Shown here: piece by piece, positions 7,851 to 17,971 of the stretch
How positions within the stretch are numbered: position 1 is the first letter of the stretch
Layout of the letters: each line of letters opens with the position of its first letter
NCBI GenBank assembly: GCA_963667665.2
Contig: OY763927.2
Span: 1,664,001 to 1,728,000, forward strand
Reading direction: 5' to 3'
DNA length: 64,000 bases
Source of the DNA: Nitrosopumilus sp.
GTDB taxonomy: Archaea > Thermoproteota > Nitrososphaeria > Nitrososphaerales > Nitrosopumilaceae
Notes under the pieces: generated by a model
What the model was told of the DNA's origin: nothing
The model's input: the letters and a program-made list of their open reading frames with translations, nothing else
Database searches by the model: none
Translations under genes and position numbers: made by a program

Positions 7851-8516
7851 ATGTATCTTGAATCTGCACTAGAATCTCTAAAACGTGGAGAATTTGTTCT
7901 ATTGTTTGATTCAGCTGGAAGAGAAAATGAGATTGATATGGTAGTAGCTGCAGAATTTGTTACACCGGAACATGTTGCAAGAATGCGTCAAAATGCTGGT
8001 GGATTGTTATGTATTGCATTAGATCATAATTTTGCAACATCTCTTGAATTAAGATATATGCATGAAATTCTTTTTGATTCTCCAATGTCAAACAAGGAGA
8101 TGATTATGGGTTTGGCACCTTATGGTGATCATCCAACTTTTTCTTTGTCAGTAAATCATTATCAAACTTATACTGGAATTACTGATAAAGACAGAGCATT
8201 AACAATTCAAGAGATGGCAAAGATCTTTAATGTTGAAAACAAACAGAAAAAATTTGCATCATCTTTTAAAACTCCAGGTCATGTTCCTTTACTAATAGCA
8301 TCTAAAGGGTTGTTAGCTGCACGTCAAGGACATACTGAAATGTCTGTTTATTTAACCAAAATTGCAGAACTGACTCCAGTTACTGCTATTTGTGAAATGA
8401 TGGATGCTGAAACATATAATGCACTATCAGTAGATAAAGCTGAAAAATTTGCAAAGCAAAATGGGATTCCATTAGTTGATGGAAAAGAACTTTTAGAATA
8501 CGCTAAGGTGAATTAG
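7851..8516 (+). CDS. ribB: 3,4-dihydroxy-2-butanone 4-phosphate synthase
   Basis: RENEIDM, TGITDKDR, FKTPGHV, RQGHTE, ICEM. Confidence 0.95.
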   Translation: MYLESALESLKRGEFVLLFDSAGRENEIDMVVAAEFVTPEHVARMRQNAGGLLCIALDHNFATSLELRYMHEILFDSPMSNKEMIMGLAPYGDHPTFSLSVNHYQTYTGITDKDRALTIQEMAKIFNVENKQKKFASSFKTPGHVPLLIASKGLLAARQGHTEMSVYLTKIAELTPVTAICEMMDAETYNALSVDKAEKFAKQNGIPLVDGKELLEYAKVN

Positions 8517-8518
8517 TT

Positions 8519-8935
8519 TTGAATATTGCTATAGTAGTTTCGGAATTCAATGAAAAAGTAACGTCTAGGATGCTTTCAGTAGCTCAAGAAAAAGCAAACT
8601 TGATGAAATTAAAAATAGTCTATACATGTAAGGTTCCTGGTGCTTTTGACATTCCCATTATTGTAGATGCATTATTGAAGAAAAAAGATGTTGATGGTAT
8701 AGTCACTTTAGGCACAATAATTACAGGCCAAACAAAGCATGATGAGGTGATTTCTCATGCTACTGCAAGATCCATTTCTGAGTTGTCCATAAAATACCAA
8801 AAACCTGTTTCTTTAGGAATATCAGGTCCTATGATGCATGAAAGACATGCTTATGCTAGAATAAGACCTGTTGCAGAACATGCAGTTGAATCTGTTGTGA
8901 AAATCTCTAAAGAACTGCAGAGAATTCAAAAATGA
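8519..8935 (+). CDS. ribH: 6,7-dimethyl-8-ribityllumazine synthase
   Basis: IAIVVSEFN, VPGAFDIP, GQTKHDEVI, KPVSLGI. Confidence 0.95.
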   Translation: MNIAIVVSEFNEKVTSRMLSVAQEKANLMKLKIVYTCKVPGAFDIPIIVDALLKKKDVDGIVTLGTIITGQTKHDEVISHATARSISELSIKYQKPVSLGISGPMMHERHAYARIRPVAEHAVESVVKISKELQRIQK

Positions 8936-9684
8936 TTCAACTTAGTATCTTGAAAATTAGTGGATATGGTCCTTGGACACTAACATTAGGAAGTGATAGA
9001 GAACATGAACTCCAAATGCTTCAAGCATCGCTTTACAAAGAAATACAGAAACTATTTTCTGAAAAAAATTGTCTCGTTTTTCTTAATCGAGCAGATGAAT
9101 TTTTTGTAGTTTCAAATGGACTTGAGTTAGATGATCATATTCAAATCCAAAAATCACTCAAAAAATTATTTGATGTGCGTTTAACAGTTTCAATTGGTTT
9201 TGGTGAATCTCCATTTGAAGCAAACCTGAAAGCTCATGATGGAAAGAGAAATGAAATCATATTAAATAAAGAACATAATATTTTTGGTTTTGTTAATGGT
9301 AAATCTGATTCAAAAGTCTCAATCATGCATTTAGATGTAGATAATCTTACTTCAAAAGGACAAACTAATTCCCCTTATGAAATTTCATCAATAATTTTTA
9401 CGTTATATTCAAAAATGTCAAAATTTTTTCTGCAAAAAGATTCTCTTACCTTTTTTATGGGCGGAGATAACTTTATGGTAATTGCAAGTGATGATGCAAA
9501 AAAATCTGTACAGAATTTTATTGATATAATTAAAAGTGATGACAAAATTTCCTTGAATTGTGGAATTGGTAATGGATATACTGCAAGAGAAGCTGTCAAA
9601 CTAGCCACAAAATCTCTTGATACTATACGAGAAATTCGAGATTCAGGGAAAGAGAAACCTGAAGTTTATGAATTATCATGTTAA
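8932..9684 (+). CDS. gch3: GTP cyclohydrolase IIa (III), archaeal
   Basis: YGPWTLTLGSDREHELQMLQA, RAD, H.DVD, FFMGGDNF. Confidence 0.92.
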   Translation: MIQLSILKISGYGPWTLTLGSDREHELQMLQASLYKEIQKLFSEKNCLVFLNRADEFFVVSNGLELDDHIQIQKSLKKLFDVRLTVSIGFGESPFEANLKAHDGKRNEIILNKEHNIFGFVNGKSDSKVSIMHLDVDNLTSKGQTNSPYEISSIIFTLYSKMSKFFLQKDSLTFFMGGDNFMVIASDDAKKSVQNFIDIIKSDDKISLNCGIGNGYTAREAVKLATKSLDTIREIRDSGKEKPEVYELSC

Positions 9685-10868
9685 TTAAAAATCTAAGTGT
9701 ATTATTAGGTCAAGAGTTAGATTTTGTTTCAAATACTAATATCCAAATTCAGAATAAAATATTTAAAAAAATTCAACCAAAAATTAAATCAAGCGTTAAA
9801 GAAGAATCCATAGATTGTGAAGGTCTTTTATTAATTCCAGGATTTATCAATGCTCATACTCACATAGGAGATTCCATTGGAAAAGATGTTACACTAAATA
9901 GTTCTGTTGATAAAAGAATTCATCCTGTATTTGGGGCAAAATCAAAAATATTGAAAAATACTTCTGAAGAAAATCTTGCTAATTTTATGAAAAACACATG
10001 TCATTCAATGATTAGAAAAGGGATCACTACATTTGTTGATTTTAGAGAAGGTGGATTAGATGGTGTGATTTTACTCAAAAAAGTATTATCTGATATTCCT
10101 TTGCGTTCAATTATTCTAGGTCGAGTGGAATTTTATCAAAAAATATCTGAAATCAGAAAAAATCTACCTTTCCCTAGAGAAAAGAATGGAGATCTGAGTA
10201 CCCTTCTCAAAAAATGTGATGGAATTGGTATAAGTGGTGCAAATGAAAATAGTACATCAGTACTAAATCATTATTCTAAAACGACAAAACTTAGAGTCAT
10301 ACATTCTTCTGAAACTGAACAAAGTGTTTCTACATCAAAGAAAATTACTGGAAAATCTGAAACAATTCGGGCTTTATCTCTAAAACCTCATTTTTTAGTT
10401 CACATGACTTTTGCATCAAAAAGTGATCTTTGTACTGTAGCAAAGAAAACTAGAGGGATTGTAATCTGTCCACGAGCAAATTCGTCCCTGGCAGAAGGAA
10501 TCCCAGATATAGAATTGATGCACAAGGCAGGATGTACTTTAGCTTTAGGTACAGATAATGTGATGATAAATTCTCCTGATATGTTTAGAGAAATGGATTT
10601 TCTTTGGAAAGTAACTATGGGAATTCACAAAAAAAGAATCGATCCTAAAGAAATTCTTAAAATGGCTACTGTAAACGGAGGAAAACTTTTGAAAAAAGAT
10701 ATTGGAGTAATTGAAACTGGAAAAATTGCTGATTGTATTTTTCTTGACAAGCATGCATTGGATTTAGAACCAATGCATAATCCTTATGCGTCAATAGTTC
10801 AACGAGCATCAGAATCTACAATTAAAGCAGTAATGATTGGAGGTAAAATAGTATATGGAAAAATCTAG
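9678..10868 (+). CDS. Metal-dependent amidohydrolase (deaminase-like) in riboflavin operon
   Basis: PGFINAHTHIGDS, HSSET, LVHM, CPRAN, LGTDN, GKIAD motifs. Confidence 0.88.
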   Translation: MLIKNLSVLLGQELDFVSNTNIQIQNKIFKKIQPKIKSSVKEESIDCEGLLLIPGFINAHTHIGDSIGKDVTLNSSVDKRIHPVFGAKSKILKNTSEENLANFMKNTCHSMIRKGITTFVDFREGGLDGVILLKKVLSDIPLRSIILGRVEFYQKISEIRKNLPFPREKNGDLSTLLKKCDGIGISGANENSTSVLNHYSKTTKLRVIHSSETEQSVSTSKKITGKSETIRALSLKPHFLVHMTFASKSDLCTVAKKTRGIVICPRANSSLAEGIPDIELMHKAGCTLALGTDNVMINSPDMFREMDFLWKVTMGIHKKRIDPKEILKMATVNGGKLLKKDIGVIETGKIADCIFLDKHALDLEPMHNPYASIVQRASESTIKAVMIGGKIVYGKI

Positions 10869-11511
10869 ACCTTATGTAATTCTAAGTGCCGCAACATCAA
10901 TTGATGGAAAAATTGCAACTAGGACAGGTGATTCAAAACTATCTTCAAAACAAGATAGTGTAAGAGTTCATAAACTAAGATCTAAAGTAGATGCAATTCT
11001 TGTTGGAAAAAATACAGTTTTACAAGATAATCCTTTGTTAACTGTACGACATACTAGAGGAAGAAATCCAATTAGAATAGTTTTAGATTCTAAAGGTACT
11101 ATCTCTAAAAAATCACAAATTCTACAAACAAGTAATAAGATTCCAACCATCATAGCTGTATCAAAAAATATCACTAAATCAAATTTTGATAAACTAAAAA
11201 AATTTCCTGTAGAAGTAATTATTACTGGAGAAAATTCTGTAAATATTAAATTATTATTGAAAAAACTTTCAGATAAAAAAATTAAAACAATACTTGTTGA
11301 AGGTGGTGGAACAGTTAACTGGGAATTTATTAAACAAAGTCTTTTTGATGAATTGATTATTACAATATCTCCATTTTTAATTGGAGGAAATGATGCAATT
11401 TCTTTTGTTCATGGACGGGGTTTTAAAAAAATTTCAAATTCACCTAATCTACGTCTCAAGTTAATCAAGAGGCTCAAAAATCATCTTGTATTAAATTATG
11501 TTAAGGTCTAA
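10855..11511 (+). CDS. arfC: 2,5-diamino-6-(ribosylamino)-4(3H)-pyrimidinone 5'-phosphate reductase (RibD_C domain only)
   Basis: SIDGKIA, DAILVG, DNPLLTVR, LVEGGG; no deaminase domain. Confidence 0.88.
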   Translation: MEKSRPYVILSAATSIDGKIATRTGDSKLSSKQDSVRVHKLRSKVDAILVGKNTVLQDNPLLTVRHTRGRNPIRIVLDSKGTISKKSQILQTSNKIPTIIAVSKNITKSNFDKLKKFPVEVIITGENSVNIKLLLKKLSDKKIKTILVEGGGTVNWEFIKQSLFDELIITISPFLIGGNDAISFVHGRGFKKISNSPNLRLKLIKRLKNHLVLNYVKV

Positions 11512-11546
11512 GTTATATACCTAATTTGAAATAAAATTACAAGAAA

Positions 11547-11780
11547 TTGGCAGTAAAAAAGAAAGCTACAAAAAAGAAAGCTACAACAAAAAGAAAAACT
11601 ACAAAAAAGAAAGCTACTAAATCAAAAACAAAAAAATTACCATTTGGTGGATATGCAATTAATTTTGCAGGTCGTAAAGAAACTGTAGAGCAAGTTTTTG
11701 GAAATAAACCAATTGCACCAAATGAAATGACCAAAAGAATTTGGAAATTTGTAAAAGCAAAAAGCCTTTCTAATCGTTAA
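11547..11780 (+). CDS. Small basic protein: Lys-rich tail plus SWIB/MDM2-like domain
   Basis: KKKAT repeats, then EQVFGNKPIAPNEMTKRIWKFVKAKSL resembling SWIB. Confidence 0.7.
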   Translation: MAVKKKATKKKATTKRKTTKKKATKSKTKKLPFGGYAINFAGRKETVEQVFGNKPIAPNEMTKRIWKFVKAKSLSNR

Positions 11781-11788
11781 ACCCACTT

Positions 11789-11808
11789 GTTAACGAAAAA
11801 TCGTTAAC
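11789..11808. terminator. Hairpin between convergent genes
   Basis: GTTAACGA-aaaa-TCGTTAAC followed by T-rich tract. Confidence 0.4.
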
Positions 11809-11878
11809 TAATTTCTATCTTTTAATTATTTTTCTTTAAATCGATTAGATAATTCTCTAATTTTCAATTGTAAAAAAT

Positions 11879-13270
11879 CTATTCTACGTAGTGATGATGT
11901 GTAAGATTATCATAAAATCTCACTGATTTTATGTTTACAAATTCTAACATTCCATATCTTGATAATTCTCTTCCAAATCCACTATGTTTTATTCCTCCAA
12001 AAGGAATTCTAGGATCTGAAATTACTACATTGTTAACACTAACAATTCCTGATTCAATTCGTCTAGACATTTTATCTGCTTTTGCAAGATCTTTCGTCCA
12101 AATACTTGCACCCAAACCGAATTCAATATTATTAGCTAATTTGATTGCCTCACTTTCATTTTCCACAATTGTAATTGGTGCAACTGGTCCAAATGTTTCT
12201 TCATTTGCAATTCTCATATCTGGTTTTACATTTGTGAGAATTGTTGGATTATAGAAGAATCCTTTACCATCAATCTCAGAACCTCCCAAAAGAATTTCAG
12301 CACCTTTTTCTTTTGCATCTTCTACAATTCCAGAAATTGTTTCTAGTCCATCCTTACTTGAAATTGGTCCAATATCAGTTTCCATAGACATTGGGTCTCC
12401 AATTTTAAGCTGAGATGCTTTTTTAATAAATAATTCAATGAACTCTTTTGCAATATTTTTTCCAACAAAGAATCTTTTTGAGGCTACACAACTTTGACCA
12501 CAGTTGATGAATCTACCTTTTACTGCTCCTTCTGCTGCTTTTTCAATAATTGCATCATCTAATACTATGAAAGGATCACTTCCGCCTAATTCTAAAACAC
12601 ATTTTTTTAAATGCGTTGCAGCTCTTTCAGCTACTTTTGCTCCCGCACTTGTACTTCCAGTAAAGGTTACACCATTTACATCAGAATCAATTAGATGGTT
12701 TGCTGCATCTACGCTTCCTACCACTGTCTGAAAAATCCCATCTGGTACGCCTGATTCAGTAAATGCTTTTTCAATTTCAATTCCTGATTGCATAGTTACT
12801 CTGGATGGTTTCATAACAATTACATTTCCTCCCATTAAACATGGTGCAGCAAATCTTAATGCCTGCCAATAAGGAAAATTCCAAGGCATAATAGAACCAA
12901 TTACCCCTAATGGTTCAAAAGTTAGAAAACTCTTTCTTGCATCTGTGTTTAATACTTCATCAGAAAGAAAACTATCACCATGATCAGCATAAAATTCTAA
13001 TGCCCAAGCACATTTTTCAACTTCTCCAATTGATTCTTTGATTGGTTTTCCCATTTCAGTTGTTGCAACTTTTGCAAGTCTTGTTTTGTTTTTCTTCAGG
13101 TATTCTACTAAATTGTAAATATAACTTCTACGTTTTTCATAATCTTTTTTCCATTCTGGAAAAGCTCTTCTAGCTTTTCCTACTAAATCAAATACTTGAT
13201 TTTTATCCATTGTTGAAAATGTTGTAATTTCTTCATTAGTAGCTGGATTGACTGTTGTTATTTGAGCCAA
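11879..13270 (-). CDS. NAD(P)-dependent aldehyde dehydrogenase (succinate-semialdehyde dehydrogenase family)
   Basis: PWNFP, FTGS, LELGGSDP, NCGQSCVA, EETFGP, PFGGIKHSGFGRE. Confidence 0.92.
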   Translation of the reverse strand: MAQITTVNPATNEEITTFSTMDKNQVFDLVGKARRAFPEWKKDYEKRRSYIYNLVEYLKKNKTRLAKVATTEMGKPIKESIGEVEKCAWALEFYADHGDSFLSDEVLNTDARKSFLTFEPLGVIGSIMPWNFPYWQALRFAAPCLMGGNVIVMKPSRVTMQSGIEIEKAFTESGVPDGIFQTVVGSVDAANHLIDSDVNGVTFTGSTSAGAKVAERAATHLKKCVLELGGSDPFIVLDDAIIEKAAEGAVKGRFINCGQSCVASKRFFVGKNIAKEFIELFIKKASQLKIGDPMSMETDIGPISSKDGLETISGIVEDAKEKGAEILLGGSEIDGKGFFYNPTILTNVKPDMRIANEETFGPVAPITIVENESEAIKLANNIEFGLGASIWTKDLAKADKMSRRIESGIVSVNNVVISDPRIPFGGIKHSGFGRELSRYGMLEFVNIKSVRFYDNLTHHHYVE

Positions 13271-13323
13271 GGCTATTTTACAAATTTACCCTATATTTAA
13301 TCTAGTATTATTTTAAAATCTAA

Positions 13324-13839
13324 TTAGAATATTTGCTGCATATCTTTTTTAATTACATCAATTTTCCTTGAATATGCTTTTTTAGATTTATCATTCTTTT
13401 TTAGATTTAGAACATTTCCACATGATGGACATTTGAACATACCGTCAAGTGCTGCCTCAAAGGTTATTCTTGAACAATCTTCATTTCCACAATGATAAAA
13501 GTCAGAAGCATTTTCATAATCAAATCTTTGTTGCAATCTTTCTGTAATTTTCTTTTTTTGATTTTCAATAAAATGTTCAACTTCTTCTCTTCTAGTTCTC
13601 CATCTGTAGACAAACCACCCTTTTCTCTCGTCTTTTACTCTGATTCCAGTAATGAGTGATTTTCCAAATAGATCATACAATACTTTTCTTACCATGTTAA
13701 TTCTAAGACCTGTAGAACTCGCAATTTCTTCATCAGTTGCATCTTCAGCTTTTAGGAGTGATCTTGCTACTTTGAGGTATTCATCTCCGCCAATCATTGA
13801 AGCAATTCTTACAAAAGGATCTTCGTATTTGTCTACCAA
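13324..13839 (-). CDS. tfe: Transcription factor E alpha
   Basis: ATDEEIA..VRKVLYDL, GWFVYRW, zinc ribbon FKCPSCG. Confidence 0.93.
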   Translation of the reverse strand: MVDKYEDPFVRIASMIGGDEYLKVARSLLKAEDATDEEIASSTGLRINMVRKVLYDLFGKSLITGIRVKDERKGWFVYRWRTRREEVEHFIENQKKKITERLQQRFDYENASDFYHCGNEDCSRITFEAALDGMFKCPSCGNVLNLKKNDKSKKAYSRKIDVIKKDMQQIF

Positions 13840-13865
13840 CTCTAATCCATCCGAATTTTCTACTA

Positions 13866-14399
13866 TTAATCCCTTGTTTCTTTTACTTGCACATTTTTGC
13901 CCTTTTTTGTGGGTATGATCTTCCTTTTTGCATTTGGAAATGTTTTCTCAAATTGTTCACCTTTTTGGATACGATCTAAAAGTATTGCAAGTGCACTAAT
14001 CTCTGAGTGCGGTTGATTTCCAACTCCTATGTTATAATCTGCTAATTCATAAATTTCTCTTGGAACTTTTTCAGCCCCTACAACAACTAATAGATTTTCT
14101 TCTTTTCGAAGTTTCTCTTGCACATCATTAATGCTTTCTCCATACATAGTAAGATGCACAATTCTAAAATTTTCTTCTTTTTTCTTTTTTACAACTGATT
14201 TCCATTTATCAATAAATTCAACCACAAAATTTCCACCCCAAGTTTTATTGATCTTTTCTAGAGAATCTTTGATTTCAGGATTGACTTCAGTCATGAAAAT
14301 TCTCTTTGCTCCAAATGCCCTTGAAACTAGTGCTACATGAGTAGTAACTCTGTCGTCTCTTACAAGACGTTGTCCTATTCTAACTATCTCAATTACCAA
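13866..14399 (-). CDS. trm56: tRNA (cytidine56-2'-O)-methyltransferase aTrm56
   Basis: [42 protein letters not shown]; likely TTG start at 14399. Confidence 0.93.
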   Translation of the reverse strand: MVIEIVRIGQRLVRDDRVTTHVALVSRAFGAKRIFMTEVNPEIKDSLEKINKTWGGNFVVEFIDKWKSVVKKKKEENFRIVHLTMYGESINDVQEKLRKEENLLVVVGAEKVPREIYELADYNIGVGNQPHSEISALAILLDRIQKGEQFEKTFPNAKRKIIPTKKGKNVQVKETRD

Positions 14400-15510
14400 A
14401 TTCTTTTTCAACTCCTTCCAAAATGTTTCTCTCAAATTTAGGTGAATTCTGATTTGTCATAATATCTTTGATCAATTCTTTAAGATGGTTAACATTCTCA
14501 CCTGTTTTTGCAGAAACTGAAATGCATTTTTTATTTTCAGTTAAATCAAGTATGTCGATTTTTCTCTCTATCTCTTCACTTTTTACCAAATCTGCTTTGT
14601 TTAACGCATAAATCATCTTATCTTTTTCAATATCTAACTCACTTAACGTTCTCATACAACTAGCAAATTTCTTTTTTAATTCAATTAATGAATCACTAAT
14701 ATCAATTACAACAATTATGATATCTGTATGTTTTAATTCTTCAAGTGTTGATTTGAATGCATCTATCATATATGCAGGTAATTTACTGATAAAACCAACT
14801 GTATCTGAGATTAAGAATGGCTCTCGATTAATTGTTACTCTTCGTATAGTTGTAGAAAGTGTTGTAAACAATTCTTTACTCTCAGTTTTTGTTTCTCCTG
14901 TCATTTTGTTAAACAAAGTTGTTTTTCCTGAAGAAGTATAACCTGCAAGTGAGATTATCTTGAATCCCATTCTTTTTCTTCCTTGTCTGTGAAGTTCTCT
15001 TTGTTTTCCTGCTTTTTCCAGTTTAGATCTTACTGTCTGCATTCTATGTTTGATGTCATTATAGTAAACATCAACCTCAAATTTTCCTATTCCCATAAAT
15101 CCTGGCTGCTCTCCCATGTTTGATAGACGAACTTTTTCTTTAGCTCTTGACATTTCATATCTTAATTGAGCTAATTTTACTTGTAATTTTGATTCTGCAC
15201 TTGATGTTCTGCTTTCAAAAATTTCAAGAATTAATGCTTCCCTATCTAAAATTTCTCTATGTAAAACAGATGCAATATTATAGTTTTGACTTGGTTTTAA
15301 AATCTCATCAAATACAATTACATCTGGTCTGAGTTTCTCTGTTAATTCTTCTAATTTTTCTAAAACTCCACCACTCATTCCATATTTTCGTTTTTGTAGA
15401 AATTTTGCAGTAATTGTATGAACTACTTGATATCCTGCAGCATCGCACAATCCTTTGGCTTCATTGATTGCATCTTCTTTATCATATGTGATTAAAATAA
15501 CTGACTTCAT
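14389..15510 (-). CDS. hflX: GTPase HflX
   Basis: EAKLQV-like [43 protein letters not shown]. Confidence 0.93.
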   Translation of the reverse strand: MKSVILITYDKEDAINEAKGLCDAAGYQVVHTITAKFLQKRKYGMSGGVLEKLEELTEKLRPDVIVFDEILKPSQNYNIASVLHREILDREALILEIFESRTSSAESKLQVKLAQLRYEMSRAKEKVRLSNMGEQPGFMGIGKFEVDVYYNDIKHRMQTVRSKLEKAGKQRELHRQGRKRMGFKIISLAGYTSSGKTTLFNKMTGETKTESKELFTTLSTTIRRVTINREPFLISDTVGFISKLPAYMIDAFKSTLEELKHTDIIIVVIDISDSLIELKKKFASCMRTLSELDIEKDKMIYALNKADLVKSEEIERKIDILDLTENKKCISVSAKTGENVNHLKELIKDIMTNQNSPKFERNILEGVEKEFGN

Positions 15511-15562
15511 TTTGGTTCGATTTTTTTAGTTTAATTCATGTTAAAGATTCTACCTGTTTTGA

Positions 15563-16612
15563 TTAATCATTCAGTTTTTTCAATGTTTTTTCAATGTTCA
15601 TATTTAGCACAATTTCTGCTATATCACTAGCATATTCAGAAACTCTTCTAATATTTTCAGTCATTCTTCTAATCCTGTAGATTTCCTCCTCATCTTTTAG
15701 TGATTTTGAGGCGTCCCTTACTTTTTTCTCATATTTGGCAATTTCATTTGTTTTTTTAATGGTTTTTTCTGCTTGTGTGTAATCTTCTTTGAATAATGCC
15801 AAACATGAATCATCCAAAACTGATAAACAAAATTCATTCATATCTTGAAGTTTTTCTAAAATTTCTTTTTTGACTGGTTTTTTGAATTCAAGAAGATCTT
15901 TTGCAATAAATGCTGCATGATCCCCTGCTCTTTCAATATTTTTTACAACTAGTCTATATCCAAGACAATTTCTTGCATTTCTAAAACCCATCTCTTTTAA
16001 CATGTGCTCATTTTGAATTGCTATCTTTAATTGTCGAATAATATAAAATCCAAATCTATCTACTTCATCATCTGTATTGATTACTTCTTGTGCAAGATCT
16101 AAATTATTCTCCTTTACTGCTAATATTGCATCACTAGACATTGATCTAGCTAAGTGAATCATTCTCTTGAATGCTCCATCAACTGATAATTCCAACAAAT
16201 TTACAAGAACTTGTACTGTGATTCCTCCACTTGAATCAGAAATAATTTCAGAACCCATCAACATTCGCTTAACTGCTTCTTTTACAGTTTTTCTTTGATT
16301 GGGGCTTAATCTTCCATTTTTTGATTTAACGTTAATTGTTTTGAATCCTAAAAAATACAGAGAAATTAATTTTCTAACTATCGATGATGCTTCTTCTTCA
16401 ATGCCAATCTCTATTGTTGCATCTTCTTTTTTTTGGATACGGGATTCAAATTTTGGTGGATAAAGTTCTAATGTTGATGATCCTTTTCTTACTATTCTAA
16501 TTTGGTCTCCCTGTTTTAGACCTAAATCCATAACCCATTGTTTTGGTAATGAAACTATGTATGATGATTTTCCTGTGAATTGAAGTTTCCTTGTTTCTCC
16601 TCTGTCTTCCAT
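15563..16612 (-). CDS. AbrB-PhoU phosphate uptake regulator
   Basis: N-terminal RKLQFTGKSSYIVSLPKQW (AbrB) plus two PhoU repeats (DDEVDR, IERAGDHA). Confidence 0.9.
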   Translation of the reverse strand: MEDRGETRKLQFTGKSSYIVSLPKQWVMDLGLKQGDQIRIVRKGSSTLELYPPKFESRIQKKEDATIEIGIEEEASSIVRKLISLYFLGFKTINVKSKNGRLSPNQRKTVKEAVKRMLMGSEIISDSSGGITVQVLVNLLELSVDGAFKRMIHLARSMSSDAILAVKENNLDLAQEVINTDDEVDRFGFYIIRQLKIAIQNEHMLKEMGFRNARNCLGYRLVVKNIERAGDHAAFIAKDLLEFKKPVKKEILEKLQDMNEFCLSVLDDSCLALFKEDYTQAEKTIKKTNEIAKYEKKVRDASKSLKDEEEIYRIRRMTENIRRVSEYASDIAEIVLNMNIEKTLKKLND

Positions 16613-16696
16613 AATCTAAAGGGAAAAAACCAGTCTATATAGTTTGAGACTTGTAATATAGTTAAACATTGAACTAATATTTAGAAAATATCGCCT

Positions 16697-17176
16697 ATGT
16701 GTATGGATCAAATCCTAAAGCTTCAGCATTCACTTGATGCATTATTTGGAAATGGTGTGTCCAAGCATTTACCAAAAGATGTTGAAATTACTTTTTCACG
16801 AAAGACTGGTAGAATGAGAACTGTTTCACATAAAGGAAATTTATTATGCACTTTGAGAATTGATGGTGGTTTAGCAATTAGTACTTATTTTGCTCAAATT
16901 TTACTGAAAAGTAAAGCATTCAAAGAAAACTGTCTTGAGATAAACAAAGATGCAGCTCCATTTGTTATGGAAGGACGTTCTGTATTTTGTAAACATGTGG
17001 TTTGGTGTGGAAAAAAAGTACGAATTTCTGCTGACACTCCTGTATTATTTGAAAATAAAGTCATTGCAGTTGGAAAGGCTGTTCTATCATGTGAGATGAT
17101 TTTAGATTTTGATAGGGGCGTAGCAATTAAGGTCAGAGATAGTTTAAAAAGTCGTAAAGGGGAAATAGAATCATGA
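16697..17176 (+). CDS. PUA-domain protein (archaeosine TGT C-terminal-like)
   Basis: SRKTGRMR, GRSVFCKHV, VIAVGKA, GVAIKVR. Confidence 0.85.
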   Translation: MCMDQILKLQHSLDALFGNGVSKHLPKDVEITFSRKTGRMRTVSHKGNLLCTLRIDGGLAISTYFAQILLKSKAFKENCLEINKDAAPFVMEGRSVFCKHVVWCGKKVRISADTPVLFENKVIAVGKAVLSCEMILDFDRGVAIKVRDSLKSRKGEIES

Positions 17177-17514
17177 TGCGAGGAGGAAATCGCGAAATGC
17201 GAAGGATGATGGATAAGATGGGTCTTGATATGAGCGAACTCCCAAACGTCCAAGAGGTAATAATCAAGACGGACAAAAAAGAGATTATTATTTCCAAACC
17301 ATCTGTTACTGAAATGAAAGCAAAAGATAGTTCTATTTTTACAGTAACTGCAGATAGTTATGAGGAAAGTGAATTAGAGGTTCCGATTTTTTCAGAAGAA
17401 GATATTCAGCTAGTTAGTCAGCAAGCTGGAGTTGATGAAGAAAAAGCTAAAACTGCTTTAGAGGAAGCTAAAGGCGATCTTGCAAGGGCAATATTACTTC
17501 TAACTTCAGGATAA
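17173..17514 (+). CDS. nac: Nascent polypeptide-associated complex protein
   Basis: MRRMMDKMGL, EVIIKT, EEDIQLVSQQAGV..GDLARAILLL. Confidence 0.93.
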   Translation: MMRGGNREMRRMMDKMGLDMSELPNVQEVIIKTDKKEIIISKPSVTEMKAKDSSIFTVTADSYEESELEVPIFSEEDIQLVSQQAGVDEEKAKTALEEAKGDLARAILLLTSG

Positions 17515-17596
17515 AGTCTAATTCTTCCATTTTTGTTCCTAAAAACTGGCTAAAAATGAATGATTTAAGTAATGGAATTGTTGAATTTTCGGTATA

Positions 17597-17932
17597 ATGA
17601 GCAATATGGCTGAATCCAAAGTTACTGGAATAATCAAATCTTTGAACTCATTAGAAGATGATCTTGATTCCCTAAATGGCAAAGTAACTGATATGAAAAA
17701 ACAATTAGCTGTGAAGGCTCAGACTGAAATTGATGTCTTGATAGAAAAAACTCAAGAAATGGCCACAAAAGAGGCTGAAGTAATCATTAATGCATCAAAA
17801 GAAAAGGCAACAGCAGAATCAGCCAAAATTATTCAAGCAGGTGAGGCTAAATTATCTGAAATCCAGTCAAATATTGATGCTAATTTTGATGAAGCAGTTA
17901 AACATGTAGTGTCAACTGTTTTGAAAGCATAA
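17597..17932 (+). CDS. Coiled-coil protein, A/V-ATPase subunit H/G-like
   Basis: Ala/Lys/Glu helical sequence ending NFDEAVKHVVSTVL. Confidence 0.55.
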   Translation: MSNMAESKVTGIIKSLNSLEDDLDSLNGKVTDMKKQLAVKAQTEIDVLIEKTQEMATKEAEVIINASKEKATAESAKIIQAGEAKLSEIQSNIDANFDEAVKHVVSTVLKA

Positions 17933-17971
17933 ATCTAAATCACATATTTTATCCAGTACATTATCGATCCT

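Noticed and set aside
16637-16663. ATATAGTT direct repeat upstream of the AbrB-PhoU regulator
   Set aside because: Short, AT-rich and overlapping likely divergent TATA boxes; cannot be distinguished from chance
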